This document shows positions 56,771 to 64,000 of a stretch of 64,000 nt of DNA, in pieces. Both the position numbers and the translations under genes were made by a program. Within the stretch, counting starts at the first letter, position 1, and each line of letters opens with the position of its first letter. The notes under the pieces are model-generated. The model saw only the letters and a list, made by a program, of their open reading frames with translations, had not been told where the DNA came from and made no database searches. Source of the stretch: the human T2T-CHM13v2.0 reference genome, Homo sapiens; NCBI RefSeq assembly GCF_009914755.1, contig NC_060926.1. One strand, written 5' to 3'.

Positions 56771-57504
56771 TTGAAATAAATAGAAGAGAAGCAGAGTTTT
56801 GCCCCTCAGCTGACTCCATCTCCGTTTGGACTATCCTTCCTTTAAATCTCCCCACCCAAAATTATACTAATCCCCATTGTATTCCTGTAATCGTTTACAT
56901 TACTGTTTCCTAAAGTGTGGCATGAATGCCACTTGCTTTATGTAGGATGACTCAATTGTTTTAGTTGATTCACAGGACAAACACATTTTTAAGTCATAGT
57001 TATGTATTTATAATGAGCACATGAAATATAAGTGAACCAAATGTGATTCAATTTTGTTAAATATTAATGAAGTCGCTTATACATTTAAAAAAGATCTTTG
57101 ATTCCGTGACTTTGCTTTGTGTAGTTTTTGGACACCATTTAACTCTTCAGTGATTTGTTTATTTCTGAGTACTTTGAAGTGTTGATAACTTTTCCTACTT
57201 ACTGTAAGTTTGATCAAATAATTTGCTTGAAACAACTTAACATGGTATGGAGAGTTGGAAATGGGTAGCTTTTATTTAATAGCTATCGGATTGGTGTGAT
57301 TAAATGTCAAATTTTAATGTTGTGTTGATCAAATTGTTTTGATTGGTTTGCTTGTGATTTAGCATTTCATACCTTGTATAAAATGTCCATGAGACATGTC
57401 CTGAAAAAACATTTCTTTGTTAGGTTTTAAGTCTGCAATGTAACTGTGCTTATCCCTATGTGTCTTTTGTTAACATTTTTAACCTTGAAAGTATATTCAT
57501 GTGT

Positions 57505-57752
57505 ATAAGTATAAACATATATATTACACATATATATGAGTTTGTGTGTATATATATATATGTACACACACACAAGAATAATTTTTCAAATTCTTATTTT
57601 ACAAATGTTAGAATAGAATGGAGCTGCTTTAATTTTGGAGCTCTTATATGTACACACAGATATCCTATATATATATATACACACACACAATGTTTACACA
57701 TATGTATAAATACATACATATACTTGTATACATATATACACATACACACACG

Positions 57753-57788
<36 letters not shown>

Positions 57789-57800
57789 CACTCATATACT
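57505..57800. repeat. Compound (TA)/(CA) low-complexity microsatellite
   Basis: Direct observation. Confidence 0.85.
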
Positions 57801-57960
57801 TGGTAAAAATATGTACTAAAGGATATATTTAGCTACAGAGTGAAATATTTGCCATATAGCCCAAATTCTTATGGCTTAGGAGTTGATTAATAGGTTAAAT
57901 AGTGGCTGGTGTCTCAGCTTATTAGAACATTTACAATTTGCATTTCCCCAATCTTCATAA

Positions 57961-58252
<292 letters not shown>

Positions 58253-58829
58253 CCAGTCTTCATAATTTTTATGGAATGTGTGACATGGTGCTTGTGGTGA
58301 TAATTTTTCATAATGCTAGAAAACTAATAATGCTTTCAACTGAGAGCTTTCTGGCCTTATAATTTCTTTTTTTTTCTCTTTAGCTTTTTAAAAACTAGGC
58401 TTTATACTTCTGCAACTGAAATGTGCCGAACCTTTTAGCCCGAAAGTAGTATATATTGTGTGAATGTTCTCAGCACTGCTAAACTTGCCAAGATAACCTG
58501 AAGGGTTTTGTCTGGCTGCTGCAATTTCCTACTGCCAGTATTAATCCCCATTTTTCATCCCCTAGTATGGGCTATTTCTTCAGCCCTTCAAAATCGAAAG
58601 AAAGAAATTTTGTATTACAAAATGCACTATGTTATCTGATGTTAAAAGTAAAAGATTTATCCTAAAATAACTATTCTATTTAGTATTCTTTATGAGTTTT
58701 GCAAACTTAAGCAGCAAAAGTTACTTTTCCTTTTTGAATGTAATTGACTTTTGTATTTTTGTGATTTCAAAGCATTGAAATTAGGTTGCAGACATTTAAA
58801 CAGAATGTCTCAATTTTTTTGTCTGTGTT

Positions 58830-59010
58830 GAGCTTTGAAGCAAAATTCCCAGATTTGAATCTCAGCTTCATTGCTCACTAAAACTGGGCAGGTTTAATGA
58901 GCATTCTGAGCCCTAATTTACTTATCTGTAAAATGAGATGATAGTACTAACCTATAAAGGATTAAAGATAATGCACATAAAGTTTATAGCGTAGTACCTT
59001 AAACACTATT
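58830..59010 (+). mobile_element. MIR SINE
   Basis: gatttgaatctcagct...cttatctgtaaaatgagatgatagtacta. Confidence 0.65.
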
Positions 59011-60284
59011 AGCAAATTCTTATTTTACAAATGTTAGCATAGAACAGAGCTGCTTTAATTTTGGAAATCTCACATGCACATACACACACATATTTATTTA
59101 TTTTAGTAAGACCATTTCACTATCTCCTGTAAACTGGTTAAAAACTATCAAAAATGAATATTTTCTTTATATATTAATGTCCTGATTTTTTTCACTGTAG
59201 TGCATTTCTCTGCTTAATGTGTCACTAAGAATTTTTATCAACTTATGAGAATATGGAGGGGCTTAGTAAGTTTAATAAATTTAATAGTTTGTTTGCATTT
59301 TCTACCATTTTAAAAACAACTCATGTGTTTTTAAAATTTCAAATTCATTTTCAACCATTTATAAATGCTCTGTTTTTCTTCTTGGGAAGTATTTTCATAA
59401 ACTTTAGCTTACAGTGTTAAGTGAATTGTCTGGAACCTGGCTGTTTTGTGATGTAAAATTGACTTTCAAGTACGACATTAGATCTTTGATATATACTTTT
59501 ACTATTTCGGAACACGTTCATAATTTTCCATTAAAACATATTTGTGAAGTTTGGTAAAATATTTGTAAAGTTTCATTGAAACAAAACCGTGTAATATCCA
59601 AAAAAGACAAAGCAATCGTTATGAGCTGGATATCCTATAAAAGAGTGTTAGGATTTTATTTTACTTTGAAATGTGAAATCAAGTTATTATTTCAGTAACT
59701 AAGCATTGTTGTACCTTTCTTCTTAAGAAGATTAATATGTAAATTTAGTGTTACCTTAATTCAAATATTTCTTTAAAGATGTTTTTAAAGATAGACAGCT
59801 GTAGCTTGCTGGTTATAAAAGCAGCAGTTAGAAATACATTTTTGACTCACTTATTATTTTGACTGTTTTGATGGTTTTCAATCTGACAACTTTTTTTTAG
59901 TAGCTCCACTGCTTCCGTCACACCCAATTGGACCTTGTTTAATGTGTTGGTTTTATGCTTCACTAGCAATGAACAGATCATTTAATAGATGATTATATAT
60001 GAAAATATGATTTATAATGAAAATGGTTTCATAGGCTATATAATAGTGCAGAACTACCTGGAAATAAAACATTGTGTCCATCTGTTTTACAAAGTCCATT
60101 TTATGCCTTTATCATGATACCAAAATTTCATTAACACCAATTTGAAAATATTGAAGAATAAAAAAAGACTTTGTGATTTAAATTTCTCGTTATAAAATAT
60201 TAAAGTAGAAAAGGACAACAAGTATTCTTGGACAAGGGAAGAGTTGGACAAAATTAGTCAACAAGATCCAGGTTTGGGGACTTT

Positions 60285-60565
60285 TCTTGGAAATGGAGTC
60301 TCACTCTGTCTGCTGGAGTTCAGTGGTATGATCTCGGGTCGCTGCAAACCCTGCCTCCTGGGTTCAAGAGATTCTCTTGCCCAGCCTCCTGAGTAGCTGA
60401 GACTACAGGCGTGTGCCACCACACTGGGCTAATTTTTGTATTTTTGGTAGTTACAGGGTTTCACCATATTGGCCAGGCTGGTCTCAAACTCTGGACCTCA
60501 AGTGATCCACCTGCCTTGGCCTTCCAAAGTGCTGTGATTACAGGCATGAGCCACCGCGCCCAGCT
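60285..60565 (-). mobile_element. AluS/J SINE with short tail
   Basis: Antisense Alu; imperfect TSD ggtttggg at 60271 and 60566. Confidence 0.9.
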
Positions 60566-61414
60566 GGTTTGGGAAATTTTTGAATGAATAGTGTGTAGTT
60601 GCAATAAATCAGTTGAGTTGTAGGTTAAGTCTAGAGAAGTCAGTCCATAATCTCTTGAGCTGAAAGACAAACCACAAAATGACTATTTTGGCTTGGGAAG
60701 CCATGAACATGGCTTTCTTTTCTTTTCTTTTGTAAGTGAAGCAATTGAAACAAACTTTTCTTGGTAAAGGGAATGGGAAGATTTCTGGGGTCTAGAAGGT
60801 AACTATACCAGTTCCTAGTCTAGGTGCCACTTCAGAGGCCTTCTGTAGCATAGAAGATAGGTAAGACAAATTTGTGTAACTGATAAAGGCAGTTTTTGAA
60901 AATAAGCTTTTTATGAAAGTGCAGGGACATAGCTATATTAGGTTTTAGTGACTTGGTGAGAATATGTCTAGCTTCAGAATTTTTTCTTGGTGACACAAAG
61001 AATATTGATTTTTTCATGAGACCCAAAATGAAGATGAATCACTTCTTAAATTCTAGGAGTTACCCAAGGAAAATGCTTAGCAGGTATTTAGAGCCCAAGT
61101 GGCCTAACAAAGAAATATTGCCTTGGCCTCCCTTGCTTGAGCTCTGGGTGAACTTCCCAGCTCAGGTAGACTGACTTTGGAAGAGGAAGCAAGCAACTGT
61201 CAATCTTAAAACTCCATTCAAAGGACATCTAACTTGCAGAGAGAGTCCCATTCTGCGCCCAATTGGAGCATATGATAATGGTTCTGTTTTGTTATAACCT
61301 GAGGGAGCAATAGGCTGGGGCTATCCAGAAAGATAAGAAAAAGGAAAAACACAATATTTTTCACAGTTCCAAATATCTACACAATATTTAAATTCAGCAT
61401 CACATGATAGCACC

Positions 61415-61872
61415 GTTGCAGAGACAGTTGTCAGCCCCCTTACTCACTCTCACATACTTTTTTAGTAATACAACTCCTGAATTGGACATAGTGCAATACA
61501 TGTCCCAGCCTCCCTTACAGCTACATGTGATTATTCAGAAAGTTATATCCAGTGAAGGAGGAGCTGAGTTTTGTGTGCAACTTCTAGGCCCTATGCTTAG
61601 AGAGAAGCGGCATGCCTTCACTTCTCCTTCCCCACTCCCTGTCCATAGGCTCAGTTGAGTTACAGTAAGAGGACCTAGGTTACAAAATGGAAGCTGTACA
61701 TTGAGGATGCCACAGTAATACAATAGATGGAGCCCACATCCGTGATATGGAGCAGCCACATCAAATATGAACTATGTATATGCCAACTGTTACACGAGAG
61801 AAAAAGGAACTGGTTTAACTCCTTGATCTGTTGGCTTTTGTTATAGCAGGTGGCCTCATATCCTAATTACAT
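61415..61872 (+). mobile_element. MLT1J-like LTR
   Basis: cccagcctcccttacagcta...ttttgttatagcag...atcctaattaca. Confidence 0.6.
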
Positions 61873-62011
61873 CAAACACTTTAACTATAAACACACTAAA
61901 ATGATAAAATGATGAAAACACATTTGTGTAGTTGGGGGATGTTGTTTTCTTTTTTTAAAAAAAATATTATTCAAAGTGAGTTTATTGATCTTCACAAATG
62001 AATCCATACAC

Positions 62012-62027
62012 CCACTAGGTGTCAGTG
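62012..62027 (+). promoter_or_regulatory. Candidate CTCF motif
   Basis: CCACTAGGTGTCAGTG, one mismatch to the CCACYAGRKGGCAG core. Confidence 0.5.
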
Positions 62028-62179
62028 ATTTCCCAGGTTGATAACTCTCGATTTAGGCAAATCAGGAGTGAAAGTGAAGTGACTGAAAGTGAAGTAAAAG
62101 CTTACTTTTTTATGCTCATAATATAAGTACTCAAACAAGCTTAAATTAGATAGGAGCAATACTTATAATATGAATAAAT

Positions 62180-62422
62180 ATAACTAGTAATTATAAAGCA
62201 CTTCATATGTGTCAGGCACTATTCTAAGCTCTTTATATATTTACTCATTTAATACAACAATCATATGAAGTAAGTACTACTATTATCTCAGTTTAGCAGA
62301 GAAGGATGTGTGTAAGTCAGGCACAGAGAAGCTAAGTACCATACCCAAGATTGCCCAGCTAGTTGGGGAAGAGGTGGGGTTTGAACCTGAGCAGTCAAAC
62401 TCTAGTTGCTGTTCTTAACCAT
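62180..62422 (-). mobile_element. MIR SINE
   Basis: gtcaggcactattctaag...ggcacagagaagctaagtacc..cccaagattgcccagctag...tttgaacc. Confidence 0.8.
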
Positions 62423-63367
62423 GTTTTCTTTAGGAAGATACAAGACTAACATTAGAGTTAGCCTTGTACAGTGAGTGGTTTGTTTTTTTCATGTGAGCAG
62501 AGTTGCTATAAATATTGCCAATACTGAGTGAGGCACATACTCTCACTCAGATGGCATCTTCCCCTGAGTCATCCAGTGTTTTTTCTAGGTCCTAAGTTAG
62601 AGAATTTAGCATCCTTAAATTCTCAGGAACTTTTAAAACCATGTCTTAGAGCAGAACTGTAACTCCAACCTAAAACAGGTTAGAATTCATGGGAAAGTTT
62701 TCCAGCCAGTTGTATCCAAGCATCCTTCAGAGTAGAATAGAGAAACCATCTTTTTAAAAGTATTTACAATTGTATTCAAATTATTATTACCGTAGCACTG
62801 AATAAGTTATAAAAATGTAATTTCCTTATAGTCCCTTTATCTGGCAAATTGCTTCTGTTTATAATCTGTAGCTGCTCTTTTAATTCTTTCCAATATGCAA
62901 ATATATTAACAATAGGTACTAAGAATAATATAAATGTGTTGTTCTTTGATTGCTTTACACTGCCCTGCTACAAACCAAAATGTGGTTTATAGCAGACACA
63001 TACAACAGTTTAAAAACTACCAACTGTCCCCAGGGGTGGAGCAATCAAGTAAGCAATGGCATGTTAACTCACTGGAATACTGATTGATTGTACATTATTG
63101 CAACTTCTGTTGCAATAACTATATACATATTTTAGTCTTCTCAGCAACAGTTCTCCCTACAATAGCATTTTTATTTATTTTGAAGAAGTTAAGGAAGCTG
63201 GGTTGTATCTCAACAACTTGCCTATGTAATGATTCCTTTCCAGATTCAAGCCTTAAGGCTTGCTCAACAGTGCTTCCAGGCCAACTAATTTTTTAGAAAT
63301 TTGTGGAATTTGTGAAAAGAAGAACGCTTGATGTACTTGTTTACTAAAATGTAATGTGCATGCATGC

Positions 63368-63402
63368 GTGTGTGTGTGTTTGTGTGTGTGTGAGTGCTTG
63401 TG
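63368..63402. repeat. Interrupted (TG)n microsatellite
   Basis: Direct observation. Confidence 0.85.
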
Positions 63403-64000
63403 TTTCTTTAGGACTAGTTCTCTGGTACATAATAGGGATCATAATAGGGTTTAAAACATTTCTCCATAGGTAGTACAGGGCTTCTCACCAGAATGACTCT
63501 TTGATGCAAAATAAATGTATTACTCTTTGTGACTAATTTTCCATATTCAGTATATTAGTGAGTGTTTTCTCTAATATGCTTCATCTGGTACCTAATAAAT
63601 TTAGATATATAAACAAAAGCTGTCCCACAATGATTACATTTTAAGAATTGCTCTCCCATATGAGAAATTGTTTGATACTTTATGAAGTTATTCTTTTGGA
63701 TGAAGACTTCTACATTGACAACATTCATATGATTGCTCTCTTTCTATTTTTTGACACACAATAAGGTCAGAGCTCTGGCTGAAGAATTTTCCACAATCAA
63801 GTCATTCATATGGCTTCTCTCCAGCAGGGTTTTCTGATGTGAAGAAAATGTGACAGCTTCAACTGAAGTATTTTTTAGTCTTTGTATTATTTCATCCTAT
63901 TGTGAATTATCTGATGCATAATAACATGAGACCTCTGTATATAAGACTTCCTAAATTCATTATCTTCGTAGGGCCTCCCTCTTATGAAAGTTCTGTAATG

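Overview
Human/primate genomic DNA. It is AT-rich, repeat-dense and almost entirely non-coding. The centre is a CpG-island promoter (~28.8-29.6 kb) with a + strand non-coding first exon ending at a strong donor (GAG|GTGAGT, 29558/29559). From memory I recognise this as the 5' end of CTNNA2 (alpha-N-catenin). A second clue is a small exon at ~39525-39628 whose 32 codons + 1 nt would splice in frame onto the recalled CTNNA2 exon 2 start (GGAGCATG), giving a 34-aa N-terminal extension. Everything after 29559 is intron 1. The window also contains 13 Alu copies or fragments, several L1s (one young L1PA with a TSD), L2/MIR, MaLR/ERVL LTRs, a decayed two-LTR ERVL provirus (~16.9-21.8 kb) and a MADE1 MITE. 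I see no prokaryotic-type system, CRISPR array or new protein-coding gene. The most notable signals are: a near-consensus REST/RE1 site ~1.5 kb upstream of the promoter; a ~200-bp-arm inverted duplication inside the ERVL integrase with perfectly matched 36- and 29-bp blocks; an apparent twin-primed L1PB; an expanded MADE1 hairpin; a candidate antisense donor; and a 72-bp copy of nearby sequence inside a microsatellite. Repeat subfamilies and boundaries of old repeats were assigned by eye and are approximate.
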